DNA from: Glaucostegus cemiculus
Taxonomy: Eukaryota
Assembly (NCBI GenBank): GCA_976551045.1
Contig: CDPCPM010000280.1
Coordinates: 1,488,001 to 1,552,000 of the forward strand
Length of the DNA: 64,000 nt
Direction of reading: 5' to 3'
The translations under genes and the position numbers were made by a program. Positions 38,450 through 51,272 of this stretch are shown piece by piece. Every line of letters begins with the position of its first letter. Within the stretch, counting starts at the first letter, position 1. Under the pieces are notes generated by a model, which was not told the DNA's origin, did not search any database, and saw only the letters and a program-made list of their open reading frames with translations.

Positions 38450-39530
38450 GGTCATGTGCCTCTCTGAACTACTGCACCATTTATTAAAATCACAGACAAT
38501 TTTGTACCAGGTCCATTTTCCTGCCTCACATCCTTGATTCCCTTGGTGCCAAAAAATCTAGTGACCTCAGCCTTGAATATATTCAACAAGTGTGTATTCA
38601 CAGCTCCATGAGGCAGGGCATTCCAAATTCGCATCTCTCTCCAGAAAGGAATTTCACTTTGTTTCAATCCTAAAGTTTTATCCCTTATCCAGAGACTACG
38701 TCCCTTGCTTAGACTATCCAACCGCTCTCCATTTCCACCCTGTCAATCTCCTATAGGTCTCAGTGAGATAATCTCTCTCTTATAAGAGTTAGTTTTTAAA
38801 ATTTAAATTTAAATTTAAATTTTATTTACAGCGTGGTAACAGGCCCTTTCGGCCCAACGAGTCTGCGCCGCCCATTTTAAACCCCCAACTGAACCTACCC
38901 GCATGTCTTTTAGAATGTGAGAGGAAACCGGAGCACCCGGAGGAAACCCACGCAGACACGGGAGAACGTACAAACTCCTTACAGACAGCGACAGGAATCG
39001 AACCCCAATCACTGGCGCTGTAACAGCGTCACACTAACCGCTACGCTATCGTACCTTAATGCTTCCTCATAAAATAGGCTCCTCATTCCTGAAAGGAATC
39101 TGGTGAATCTACACTGTACTGACCACAAGGCATGAACATCCTTTCTTAGGTCCGGTATTGAAGAATACTGATAGTGCTCCACCAAAGCCCTGGGCACTTG
39201 CTACAGGACTTCCTTACCCTTACACTCCAAGTCTAATCCCCTTGCAATAAAAGCCCAACATAGCTTCACCTTCATAATTCCTTGCTGTACCTGTGTGCTA
39301 ACTCTCTATGTTTTGTGAACTAACACACCCAAATCCCCCTGTACACCAATAGTTGCACATCATTTAAAAAATATTCTTGTTTTTCTAATTTTCCTACCAA
39401 AATGGATAATTTCACTTTCTCATACTTTACTCCCAATTATCAGTCATAAACTTATGCTGTGTAATCCCTTCACAAATATCCTCCTCATAGTGCATTTTAC
39501 CATCTAACTTTGTGTCAGCACCAAATTTCG
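38450..39530 (-). mobile_element. Degraded CR1 LINE carrying a SINE insertion
   Basis: Antisense IWNALPHGAV and LRKDVHALWSVQCRFTRFLSGMRSLFYEE segments. Confidence 0.8.
38791..39052 (-). mobile_element. V-type SINE (family A)
   Basis: Full length, with a (TTTAAA)n tail. Confidence 0.92.
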
Positions 39531-39544
39531 ATAAATAGATCAAA

Positions 39545-39940
39545 GAATATCAAACAGTGCAGCACAGGAACAGGCCCTTTGGTGTCTGCATCGAACATGA
39601 TGCTGAATTAAACTAAGTCTCTTCTGCCTGTACATGATTCGTATCCCTCCATTCATTTGTCTAACAGCCTTTTAAACACCATTATTGTATCTGCTTCCAC
39701 CTCTACCCCTGGCAGCCCGTTCCAGGCACCCACCACCCTCTGTGTAAAAAATATGCCCTACCCCTCTCCTTCAGACTTTGTCCCTCTCACCTTAAATGCA
39801 TGTCGTCTAGAACTTGTGACTCCCTACCCATCTCTGCCTCTCATAAACTTCTATCAGGTCTCCCCTCAGCCTCCGATGCTCCAGAGAAAACAACCCAAGT
39901 TTGTCAAACCTCTCCTTATAGCTCGTACCTTCTAATCCAG
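39545..39940 (-). mobile_element. CR1 LINE 3' end
   Basis: cagcacaggaacaggccctt tail; ttccaggcacccaccaccctctgtgtaaaaaa. Confidence 0.82.
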
Positions 39941-41144
39941 GCATTACACTCTGTCCTTTCATCTCAGTCTTTAACGTGCATGCAAAGCGTTAGGCAGTCT
40001 GTAAGTAATAACTCACCAGGCCAAACACAACCATTTACTCCTGCTGTTCTCTGTAATTCAACCAGTTTCTATTCACACTAATACAGTGAACATCAACCCT
40101 TTATGTGACACACTAGTTAATGCCTTCCGAAGATCCAGATACACCATGTTTTCCTGTTTGCCTTAGCTACCCCACCAGAGAGAGAGGTGATGGGCAAGAG
40201 ACCAGAACTGGAAGAGTGCAGAGATCTTAGGGGGCAGTTGGGCTGCAGGAGGTTACTGACGTGCAGAGATTTGAATACATGTTTTCAATTTTGGAACAAG
40301 AGCCAATGTCGGCACGCGATTTTTTTTTTAAAAGCTCAAAATTGCCCTCGAACCCTAGACGAGCTCAGGATTGGGCCTGAGTGTCAGCTCCTGCCCTGAG
40401 AGTGAATTACTTGCCGCCTCTATCTAGGATCCCACACCAGAGAAGAAAGAGGCAATAGATAATGTGTCATGCATCCGTGTTTAACACATCAGGGGATCAT
40501 TGGGGTAGGAGAAAAGGTACTGGAGGAGAGGTAGAAAAAAAAGACAAAATAAATATTTTTTAAAAAATTAAGAGCAGGGCTTGTAAAGGGTTAATCCATA
40601 CTATGCGTTTTCCTATGAACGGCAAGTTTGGAGCTTGCTGCAAAATGCCTGGGAGTTTGAGCAAGGCAGGAGAGCTTTTTAAAATGGAGCAAAGGCTTAC
40701 CTGAGCTTGTTTGGTCTAAGGTGGGCCTTGTCGGGCAGCAGGCACTAAATGGGGCTCTTATACACAGTCTTTTCCCAGCACATGTCGAAGCCTTGCAGCT
40801 AAGAAAAAAGAAACAAAGCTGCTTTGAGTGAGCCCGCCTACCTCTCGAGTTATTCAGAGTTGTTAAGCAAGGACTGGAAGCCAGTCCCCCGAACACATGA
40901 CACAACCACCTCATTCACTCAGCACTGTTCAAATCCAGGAACCTGGGTAACCAGGTAAAGACAGAAAAATGGGCGTGTTCCAAGGAAACGTGAAAGGGTG
41001 TTGAGAAATTGATGTGAAGGAGACAGGAAGGGAGAAAGGTGTAGAGGGAGCTGAGGTGGAATATTCCAGGAATACAGGTTCTGCAGGATGAGTGCAATTA
41101 AGCAGAAGCCTCTATCACTGCATTTTCATGGTGGTTTTGCCTTT

Positions 41145-41146
<2 letters not shown>

Positions 41147-41174
<28 letters not shown>
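41147..41174. repeat. (TC)14 microsatellite
   Basis: Read directly. Confidence 0.95.
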
Positions 41175-41176
<2 letters not shown>

Positions 41177-41807
41177 CCCTACATGCCTCCACTATTGCTT
41201 TCTGGGCTTTTGGTCTCTCTGCAGTTGGTACAAAGGGCACTTTGGTTAATAATTGCTCACGTCTTGTGTGAAGCTGACACATTTTATACTTCTGACTCCT
41301 TTAAAGGGACAGTCATCCAAGTTTTTAGAAAGAGGGAGCAGAGCAAGAAGTGAAAGAATGATTTGCATTTCTATAGCACCTTTCACCACCTCAGGATATT
41401 CAGGAGCAACTAAGGTACTTTTGAGTTGTCCCTGTTATACTGTGTGCGCAGCAAGTTCCCACAGGCAGCACTGTGATAATGACCAACTAATGTGCTTGAA
41501 AATAAAAACAGAAAATGCTGGAAAACCTCTGCAGGTTTGGCAGCATCTGTAGAGAGAGAAACAGTTAACGTTTCAAGTCTAGGATCCTTCATTGTACCCT
41601 TCAATGTGCATAGCAGCATGCGTTGTGCGACTCCTTCCAGTTTCTTCTGATGCTGTTTGTGCAGGGTTACAGTTTGCATTCCTCATGCACTGAGCAGGCC
41701 CCTAATCACAATGCTTACTGCACTAGACACATTAACCCCAAGTAACATCAGGACATCTGTACAGCTGTTGAAATTAAACTGTGCTGATTCACAACAAGCC
41801 TATATCT

Positions 41808-42052
41808 CCTGCAGGAGAGATACAGGAGCCTGAAGACTTGCACTCAATGATTCAGGAACAGCTTCTTCCCCTCCGCCATCAGATTTTTGAATGGTCCATG
41901 AGCTAATAAACACTACCTCGTTATTCCTTTTTTTTTGCATATTTTATTTATTTTTGTAATTTACAGTTATTGTATACGGTAACAATGTACTGCTACCGCA
42001 AAACAACAGATTTCACAACATATAAGTCAGTGAAAATGAACCTGATTCTGAT
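41808..42052 (+). mobile_element. Rex1/Babar LINE 3' end
   Basis: GRRYRSLK...FRNSFFPSAIRFLN-like segment and a ctgattctgat tail. Confidence 0.8.
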
Positions 42053-42277
42053 CCTGAGAGGTGATTGCTGGCTCCAGCTGCTGCTGAAGAAGCCCTGGAA
42101 AGGCGAATGGGAGCCCAGAATGCGAGAGGGCAGCCTGTTCCACTGACCCCCCGAACTCAACACCCTGGCTTAAAAATCTGTGTCCTTGGCATCCTCATCA
42201 CCCCTCTCCCCACCCAATGGATAGAAAGGAGGAAACAATGAAAGAAGATGTCAAAGGAGGTTAATGCAAGCAGCATC

Positions 42278-42522
42278 GGGCGGCACGATAACGTAGTAGT
42301 TAGCGCGACGCTGTTACAGCGCCAGCGATCGGGGTTCGATTCCCGCCGCTGTCTGTAAGGAGTTTGTACGTTCTCTCGTGTCTGCGTGGGTTTCCTCCGG
42401 GTGCTCCGGTTTCCTCCCACATTCTGAAAGACGTACGGGTAGGTTAATTTGAGGGTTTAAAATGGGCGGCGTGGACTGGTTGGGCCGAAAGGGCCTGTTA
42501 CCACGCTGTAAGTTAAAAAAAA
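42278..42522 (+). mobile_element. V-type SINE (family A), full length
   Basis: gggcggcacgataacgtagtagttagc head, B-box ggttcgattccc, V-domain and tail. Confidence 0.92.
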
Positions 42523-45500
42523 GTCCCATAGCATATGCTCCCATTGCCAAATGGTGTTTGATAACTCTGTACACATAATCCACGTCAACGTAAGCAGCAA
42601 TGCAGCTCATTTGGTCGACAAATGCACCTCCGCGCTCACCCACTTGGTGCATGCACCACATCTACTTAGCTTTCCCCTGCAATCAGTACTCCTACCTAGT
42701 GCCTTCATGCCTGAAAACACACACAGACATAAAACTTACATAACGTTGCAACTATTGAACCAGGGCGGGCACTAGAACTCACTCATTAACATTATGTGGT
42801 GCACCTCATGGTTTCCACTGCTGTTGGGAAGAACCTTCGATGAGTCGTTGCATCTATTTAGCCTTGGATAACACAGTGCTGATGCTGAACTGCAGTCAAA
42901 GCTCAGGGTGATTAAAGGGTTGGCAATGCAGGGAGCTGCTTTGTGTTGAATGAGGTAAAAATACTCATCAGAGTTTTCAGAGCTTCACTCAGGGAGACAA
43001 GTGGAGGGGATTCTTTGCAGAGCTTAGAACTGAAGAGCAATTCCCCCCACAAACTGACTTTATGGTGGAGAGGCTTCACACAAATAGGACTTGAGTCCTC
43101 TGACGTGCACAGATCGCGACCATAATTATGTCTTAGTCCAAGTCATTTTCTGGCCATGATCCCCAGAATGGTGTTGATGGAAGACTGGGCAACAATAACG
43201 ACGTCAAGCAGAATTGATGAGGCTGCCATGGAATGGGAACAGTCTGTGTCAGTTGTTAATGTGACGTGATGTTAACTTGCCATTTACCACTCCAAATATA
43301 ACTGCTGCCAAAGTCCACATATGTTCAGGCACAGTCAGCCTTTCTATGTGAACAATCAGCTGGTTTAGTGAAGCCCCCCTGTAAACATCAGGATTATTAG
43401 GCATCCACTTAAAGCACCCCTAGAGAGTTCCTCTCTTCTTCTTCACCATCGCCTTCCATCTCATTCACTCCCTGTCTCTCCCCCCACTCCCTGCTGCACA
43501 ATGGACAAGGTGATTGCCCTCAATATGGTACTACTGTGGAGGGTACAGCAAGAGACAACAAGTAGGGAGAACTTCTTTCAAGATTAGCCCAACCCCCATC
43601 CTTGTGAATAGTCAGGAGAACAGAAATGGATCTTGAGGAGCCCAGTGACAGACTGCAGTAAGCTTCTCATGGTTCTGTGCTAGGTTATAACTGGGCTTAC
43701 CAGCATTACCAATAGCCTTGACTGGAATAAGAAGCCATGGATCAAGGGGAATATCCTTCGTCCCCAAGACCAATCAATTTGTCCAGCATGACAACTGAAA
43801 GCCAGTGAGCACAGCAGACTGCACAGGAAATAAGAGTCAGGCAAACTTCCGATGTACAACATTGACCTTAAGCATGAAGTTGCAGTGGTGGCATGTCATC
43901 TCCGTGTCCGTGACATGGGAACAATGGCTTTTCTGATCGATAAGGAGCTTGGAGTCCGGAGCACTATGTGCATGCACACTATCAGGAACAGCTGCACTGT
44001 GTAGATCTGCCTCCAGCTGATGCTACATGCTTGAGAACTCCCCTGTATTTGAGGAGAGCCTTCATGGCAACCAGTTTGCAAAAATCTGCTCCTAGCAGTG
44101 GGATTTGCCTTTACAGCGTCTGTCGCCTGGAATTATCCAAAGACCGGGAAGTTCTGGGCAACAGCAACAAAGACTTTTAGCAGAGAGGTGTGAGCACTGC
44201 TGTGTGGTTAAAGCTTGTCCACAGAAGGTGGCAGGTCTCAGTGACAGCTGCCTTTCAGCATCTTTGCCATGATGAATCACTCCTCAGAGGAAGGTGGGAG
44301 GATTGAGAGGAAGTCAAGTCAAGTTGCATTTATTGTCATGTATACCAGAATGTTCCTCTCAGAGCCGTTCTGCTCATTCTACCCCTGCCTCCTTTACTGA
44401 GGAGGTCCTTCCTGTGACCCCACTCCCGGTAACCCAGTGAGACCAATATTAAATCGTTCTTGAAAATAGAAGCCTTCATCTCCCAAACAGCACAGGTGCA
44501 GGGCTTCCTCCCAATGTTCAAATCTTATTTTCTGTCTGTGGCCCATAACTGTGCATCTCCGAATCAATTTGACAAGATAATCTTCTGTGCATCGGGCAAG
44601 GCGTGCCTGTGTGCTTTGGGTATGTGTGCACAAACCACAAGTAAAAACATAACTGGATCTTTCAATTTGTGTCAGGAGCACTGTAAACTACAGGTTGTCA
44701 TTCACAATTGATTTTGCATAGAGATTCAGTCCCATGCTGTATAAAACCATTTGCTGCAGGACTGGATTTCTCTCCCAGCCCTGTTTTAAGCATCGGCTGA
44801 AGGTTACACTTCCAGAATTCCAGGGAGAACTCCCCTGCTCATCTACAACATACTGGTCCTGGGAATCTTTTTAATATCCACTGGGAGGGTTGATGGGACC
44901 TCAGTTTGACATCACCAGTGGTCTCCCTGAACTGCACTGGGTGTGCCAGCCCCCATCATGTGCTCAGGCCTCTCTGGTGTTTGAATTTATGGTCTTCTAA
45001 CTTAGCAGTGGGAGGGGGTTATTCACTGAGTAGAAAAGGAAAGACCTGTTCGAATGTAGAGCCATGACTGACACTTTAACGCAAGGTATTGTTATGCCCC
45101 GACAGTGTTTAATCCATCTGTCATCTCTGCAATGTGATAGATGGAGGGGCTCACGCTTCAATCATCAGACTGCACTGGGCACAACTGGAGATAGGGGTCA
45201 AAGTTTTTACCCCAAACCTTATCCAGGAAGCCCCTCCCTCCTCCACATTCACACCTTACATCCAGCTGCAATTTGTGTGCTTGTGAATCTCAGCTGAGAT
45301 TGGAAAGCTTTTCAACGTTGTGTTGGACTCAGTTTTAACATTCTCATCTGCGTGTTTGGATTTCTCAACGCTTCCTGTCTCTGTCCTCTGCCACCGCTAA
45401 ATCCCACCACAATCTCTACACTCCTCCAATTCAAGCTGACTGTGCACTCCAAAATTTCACTTCCCCTCCATTTCCCTTTCAACTGGCTGGACCTCAGGAT

Positions 45501-46357
45501 TTGGAAGTCCCTCTCCAAACCACACACCCTCCCTTTCTTCCTTTGAGATCTTAACAAAAACCTACTCCTATCCTATTATCCCTTCACATGTTACTCTGAG
45601 GTGCCTTCAGAAGGTTTTACTTTGTGGTTGTTAAGCTGAAGCCTGAATGGCGGCTGTGGTCATGGGAACCAATCTCTCTCACAAGGATCAATACCAATGT
45701 GCATCAATCCTGATGCAGGGTTTCAACCTGAACCATCAACAATTCCTTTCCTCCCACAGATGCTGCTCAACCAGCTGAGTTCCTCCAGCAGATTGATCAA
45801 CACCGCTAGCAGATTCCTGGGCTGGTGTTTAGGCCTACTGTTAGTTGCCGCTGTGGAGGAGAGTACATTGGTTGTACCTGCCTCAGCATGGACTCTGTGA
45901 TAACGTGCACGGTGAGTTATGCATACTTAGCTGCTTCCTCTAGATGGGCTGTTGCTTCCGTAGCCTCCGGTTATATGAAGCTGTGTAATGATGCCTTAAA
46001 AGCCTTTAAAAGAGCAAGTCCTTTTCGTTTCTCATTTAAAATGTTTCCTCATTTCTCCCCTCGACATATTTGTACAATGCTGAAAAAAGCTCATTTTCAT
46101 GGCATTTATACCCTGTGTATGTCTGCCTATGACAATAAAGTGGAACTTGAACTTGACCCCAATTAAAGACTGATTCCATACTCTTGTGTTTCTCTGACTT
46201 ACCATCGTGTGAGGGTTTGAGCAGTCATTTCTGGAGGCACTGCAGGGCAAGCTGACTCTGTCCTCCCCTGGTTGCTAACACTGAAGAACAGTGAGGCGGT
46301 CTCCCTGCTGACTGGGCCAATACCACTGAAAGAGATTATCAAACCATTCCAACAGAA

Positions 46358-46650
46358 GAGATAACATTTCTTTATTAGTCACATATACATTGAAACACAC
46401 AGTGAAATACATCTTTTTGCGTAGTGTTCTGGGGGCAAACCGCAAGTGTCGCCACGCTTCTGGCCTCAACATAGCATGCCCACAACTTCCTAACCCATTC
46501 TCTTTGGAATGTGGGAGGAAACCGGAGCACCCGGAGGAAACCCACGCAGACACAGGAGAACGTACAAACTCCTTACAGACAGCGGCCGGAATCGAACCTG
46601 GGTCACTGGCGCTGTAAAAGCATTATACTAACCACTACACTACTGTACCT
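46358..46650 (-). mobile_element. V-type SINE (family B)
   Basis: Near-identical to 31555-31851. Confidence 0.9.
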
Positions 46651-47959
46651 GCCTTGCTTGTGGGAGCTTGCTGTCATGTTTCCCTGCATGACAGCAGCGA
46701 ATGCACTTCAAAATTACTTCAAGTGCCTCTGAGGGGCTTTGGGATGTCTTTAGGATGTGAAAGGTTTTATTCCATCTTTCTGTCTTTACAGCAAGAACAA
46801 GTACATGAACTGCAGTCCATTTGTCTCACAACCTGCCCGGGGAACAGATCAGTCTACCTGCACTGCACTTCCTCTGTAGCTGTTACACTTTATTCCACAT
46901 TCTGTTATTGTTTTACCTTGTACTACCTCGATGCACCATGCCATGAATTGATCTGCATGAACAGTATGCAAGACAAGTTTTTCACTGTACCTCCATACAT
47001 GTGACAATAGTAAACCAGTTCCAAGGGTTGAGATCACACAAGATGATGAGAACGTAGCTCCAATGGGGAACAGGAATTGAAAACATGGAATGCAGGGACT
47101 CAAGAGGATAGCATAGGGCAGGCAGAATGAAAGGGGAACCAGAGGCCACCTACACAACAACTGTGATGAAACAATAAGTAAATTATATGTACACTCTTTG
47201 CACCAACAAACTGATGATCCCATGGTTATTTTTCACCTTTGGCCGTCCTAATTGATGTATGTAATAAATGTGTGAACGGTCACTGGCACCAGTTTAGTAC
47301 CTATCTAACCGAGCGGAGCCTAATGGGTCATGACTGTATGTGTTGGGTTCCAGTCGGGTCAGGTAGCAAAGTATTTATAAATCCTTGAGCTCCAGTTTGG
47401 ATTGGCTGTGGTTGAGGTGGATTCAGACTCCTAAGAATCTACTTCAGATATCTTTCTCCAACTTCTGCTACTTTCTTCCTGCTCTGACTTGGCTGGAGCA
47501 GAGGTCAAAGGGCACTCTGCTCCTAGAACTCATTTTACATTTTACAAAATGTCATTGATCCAAGCAATTCTGTATCCTCCCTCCACCCCATGTCATCCCA
47601 GATCCACTGCCCCCTCTTTCAAGCCATTCATCATACGTGCCCTCATTCACAAGCCCAGTTCCAGAGACTTGAACTCACTATGTGACACTCTGGTACAGTA
47701 CTGGGGGTTGTTGTACTGTCAGAGGGGATATCTTATGGAAGAAGTATTAAACTGAGGCCCTGTCTGCCCATTTTAGCTGATAGAAGATGTACCATTATTA
47801 TTCTGATATCTTAGCTAATCCTTATTACTCAAAACTGGAGAGCAGATGAACTGGTCATTCATCACATGGCTGTGTGTATGGCAGCTTGCTCTGAATGTTT
47901 TGGGTGCTGTAACTTTCTACTTAAGTACCTTGAAGAGTCATTGCTTCGTAATGTATGAA

Positions 47960-49950
47960 CTTAAGAAATAGAAGCAGGAGGAGGCCATTCAACCCCTCAA
48001 GCAGGAGAACCCCATTCGACAAGATCATGGTTGAACTTCTCCCTCACCACCATTTTCCTGCTCCATCGCCCTAGGCCTTGATGTCTTTAATATCCAGATA
48101 TCTTATCAATCTCTGTATTGGTAGCAATCAATGACTACACCCCTACAGCTCTCCAGACTAGAGAATTCTGAAAATCTGCTGAGTTTTTCCAGCATTTTCC
48201 ATTTTTGTTCCTCTATAATCATAGTCCTTCAAAATAGGCAGTTCCTTGAGATCGGGGAGGAAGAAAGAGTAGGACGTAAGATAGCTTTACTCATACTCAA
48301 ATCATCAAGCAATAAAGGCCAAAATACTCCTTCCCTTAATTTTTTGCTGCACCTGCATGTTAACTTTCAGTGGCTTGTGTACAAGGAGACCCAGGTCCAT
48401 TTGAACATGTCTCAGTCTCTCACTATTTAAAAAAGACTCATCATTTCATTTTCTCTACCAAGGTAGATAACCTCACATTTTTCATGATTAGTCATGTTAT
48501 TGCCCACTCAATTAGCTTGTCTATATCCCACAAAGCTTCTTTCCATCCTCCTCACTGCTTAGTTTCATGCCATCAGCAAATTTAGAATTATTACACTTGC
48601 TCTCCTCAACCAGATCATGGATATAGATTGTGAATAGCTGGGGCCTGACCACCACTCAGTCACAGCATGTCAATTTGAGAAGGATCCATTTATTCCTACT
48701 CTCTGTTTCCTACCTGTTAACCAACTCGCAATCTAAATTAGCACATTAACCCCAATTCCATGAGTTCTAACCTTTGTTCCACAACCTCCTGTGTGGAACT
48801 TTAGTAAAGACCTTCCAAAGATCCAAATACACTACATCTACTGGTGTAATATCACTTCCTCATTTAGTCTACTCAATGCATTCTCAAGCAATTCTAACAG
48901 ATTAGTTAAACATGATTTCTTTTTCATGAATCCATGTTGACTCTGCTCAAACACATTATTACCTTCTAAGTGACTCGATGAGTCACTGAGTCATACAGCA
49001 CTGAACAGGCATTTTGGCCCACCATGTCTATGCCAACATTTATTACAAATCCCAGCATTTCCTTATTACTCATATCAGATTAACAGGTCAGTACAGTACA
49101 CCCCACATTACGGAGGGGTGAGTTCCTGGAAAGCTGCCTGTATTGTGATTTTCCGTAACATAAACCCTTAATAAAAACTGACATTTGTTGTTTCTTTCAC
49201 ATTTTAGCTTTTTTTCTTACATGAATTCAGCCAGAGTGAATTTTCATTTTATTTAAATTTTTTGGTAGTGATTTGTGAATTCCTTAAGGGTGAGTTTCCA
49301 TTACCCAGACTGCCATAATGTGGAGGTACGCTTTACTGCATACCCTTTTCTCTCTTACTCCCTTGTAACTAGTGGGATCACATTTGTTACCTTCTGATCT
49401 GCGGGAACCATTCCTAACACTGGAAGATGATAACCAGAACATCCTGAATCACCAAAGTGACCAGTTTCAAAGTTTCAGATGCAGATAATCTGGTCTTTTG
49501 TATTTATCTATTTTCAGACTGCTTAACTCAGCTGGCAGCAACTCTTTTTTCATACTATTTCTTTTATTTCCTCACTTGCATGAGACTTTTGATTTTTCAG
49601 TATTTCTGGGAGAATTTTTTTCTCTTCCTCAGTAAGGACAGAAAAAATGTTTAGTTCCTCAGCTATCTCTTAATTCTCTTTATAAATTCTTTTGTTTCTC
49701 CTTGGAAGGGAAATACATTTGCCCTTGCCAATCTTTTCCTTTAGCAGCTCTTATATTTGGTTTTTATGTTTCTTGCTGCTCTTATATTCCATTCTCCCTT
49801 TCTTTTAGCAATTCCTTGGTCCTTTGCTGAATTCTAAAACACTCCTGCTTGCTCACTGATGTTTACTGCTAGTAACTTTATAAACCTTTCCCTTAGAATT
49901 GATGCTAACTTTAATTTCTCCTGTAATCCATAGTTGATCCATGTCCTGTG
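47960..49950 (-). mobile_element. Degraded CR1 LINE with internal insertions
   Basis: Tail at ~47960; antisense QHGFMKRKSCLTNLLE at ~48895-48940. Confidence 0.75.
49092..49338. mobile_element. Short Tigger/Tc1-mariner-like MITE remnant inside the CR1
   Basis: Imperfect terminal inverted repeats cagtacaccccacattacgg ... ccataatgtggaggtacgctttactg around an AT-rich interior. Confidence 0.5.
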
Positions 49951-50027
49951 GTTTTATGCAGCAAAACATTTTGGAATGGTTAACCATGAAAGGTGTATGA
50001 ATATGTCATAAAAATCACAGTACAGAA

Positions 50028-50272
50028 ACAGAATCAGTTTTACCATATACACATACAGCATGCATAGGAGCGAAATACCGTACTCCACGGGTCAAGGTGC
50101 ACAATACATTAAAAAAAGAGAAACAGACACTGAGAAACACAAAGACAGAGGGACACTAAAAACATTAGAACCACAAAATTATACAACTTATATAAATAAC
50201 CCTAAAGTGATCGCACTGGCAGCGGACATTTAAAGTGCTGGTGCGTTTCTGTACGCCCAGCATCCTTTAGTG
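50028..50272 (-). mobile_element. Copy of the (ATTCTG)n-tailed retroelement 3' end
   Basis: High identity to 16124-16380. Confidence 0.8.
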
Positions 50273-50819
50273 CCCATGCCAACCTTCAGGTACTTAACTA
50301 CAGTAATCTCAATTACCAGTATTTAGTCCTTCACTTTTACCTCTCTCTCTAGCACCAGATATATTCTCATAACCACAACGTGACAGATGCTAAATAGGCC
50401 CAAGTAAGAGCCATGGAGTCCTACAGCACAGGAACAGGCCCTTCAGCCCACCCCGTCTCTACTAACCATCAAGTGCCTATCTGCACTAATCCCATTTACC
50501 AGCACTTGGCCTTAAGCCTTTCTGTGCCTTAGTAACTCAACTGCTTGTTTAGGTGTTTAAACGCTGAGAGAGTCCCCCCACCCCACCCCACCCCCCCCCC
50601 CCCCGGCTGTGCCTTCCAGGCCCCCCCAACCCCCTCACCTACCGCCCTCCACTTCTGTAAAACTCTGCTCTGGGGGAAAAATATCCAGTCTACGCCCCTA
50701 ATAATTCTGTGATCCTCTGTCAGATTCTCCCGCCTCCCCTCTGGCTTCCCCAGTCCCTCAGTCATCCCCATCCCCATCCCCATCCCCACCCCCACGGCTC
50801 CTGTCTTCGTTAAACCACC

Positions 50820-51250
50820 AAAAGCTTCGACGTATTTCCGCGCTGATTGGCTGGCTGGTTTCCGTGATGATTGGTTGTCCCTCACCTGCATATATTACTG
50901 ATTGGTTAATTTTTATTCAGGGCTGATTGATTGGTTAGTTGGATGGTGCGCCACGGGTCCGAGGCACAAGGTGGCGCTGGAATCCGGCGCTGAGCTGAAG
51001 CTCCGGGGAAGCGGGACCGGGACCGGGAGGCGGCGGCGGCGGCGGCGGCGGCGGCGGCCCGGCGTCGAGCAGACCCGGGCGACAGCTCCGCTTGTGTAGG
51101 GGTCGGGCTGGTGTTTGCAGTTGCGAGCTCCTCGGTTCCGGAGGTCGGGACACACTTTGCGGCCGCTGGCAGCTGTTAGGCCGAGGGGGTGGTTATTCGG
51201 CCCGTTGTTTGTGTACCAGCCCCTGAAAGGACAACCCTTCCCCATCCCAC
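50820..51250 (+). promoter_or_regulatory. PEX10: CpG-island promoter and probable non-coding first exon of PEX10
   Basis: Dense CpG. Inverted CCAAT boxes (ATTGG) at 50846, 50870, 50901 and 50930; CTCF-like gcacaaggtggcgc at 50964-50977. Weak candidate donors GTCGGG at 51102 and 51144. The ATG exon downstream begins with a splice acceptor. Confidence 0.75.
51029..51058 (+). repeat. (GGC)10 trinucleotide repeat in the PEX10 5' region
   Basis: Read directly: 30 nt of uninterrupted ggc. Confidence 0.95.
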
Positions 51251-51272
51251 ACCCTTCATCCATCACCCCTGA

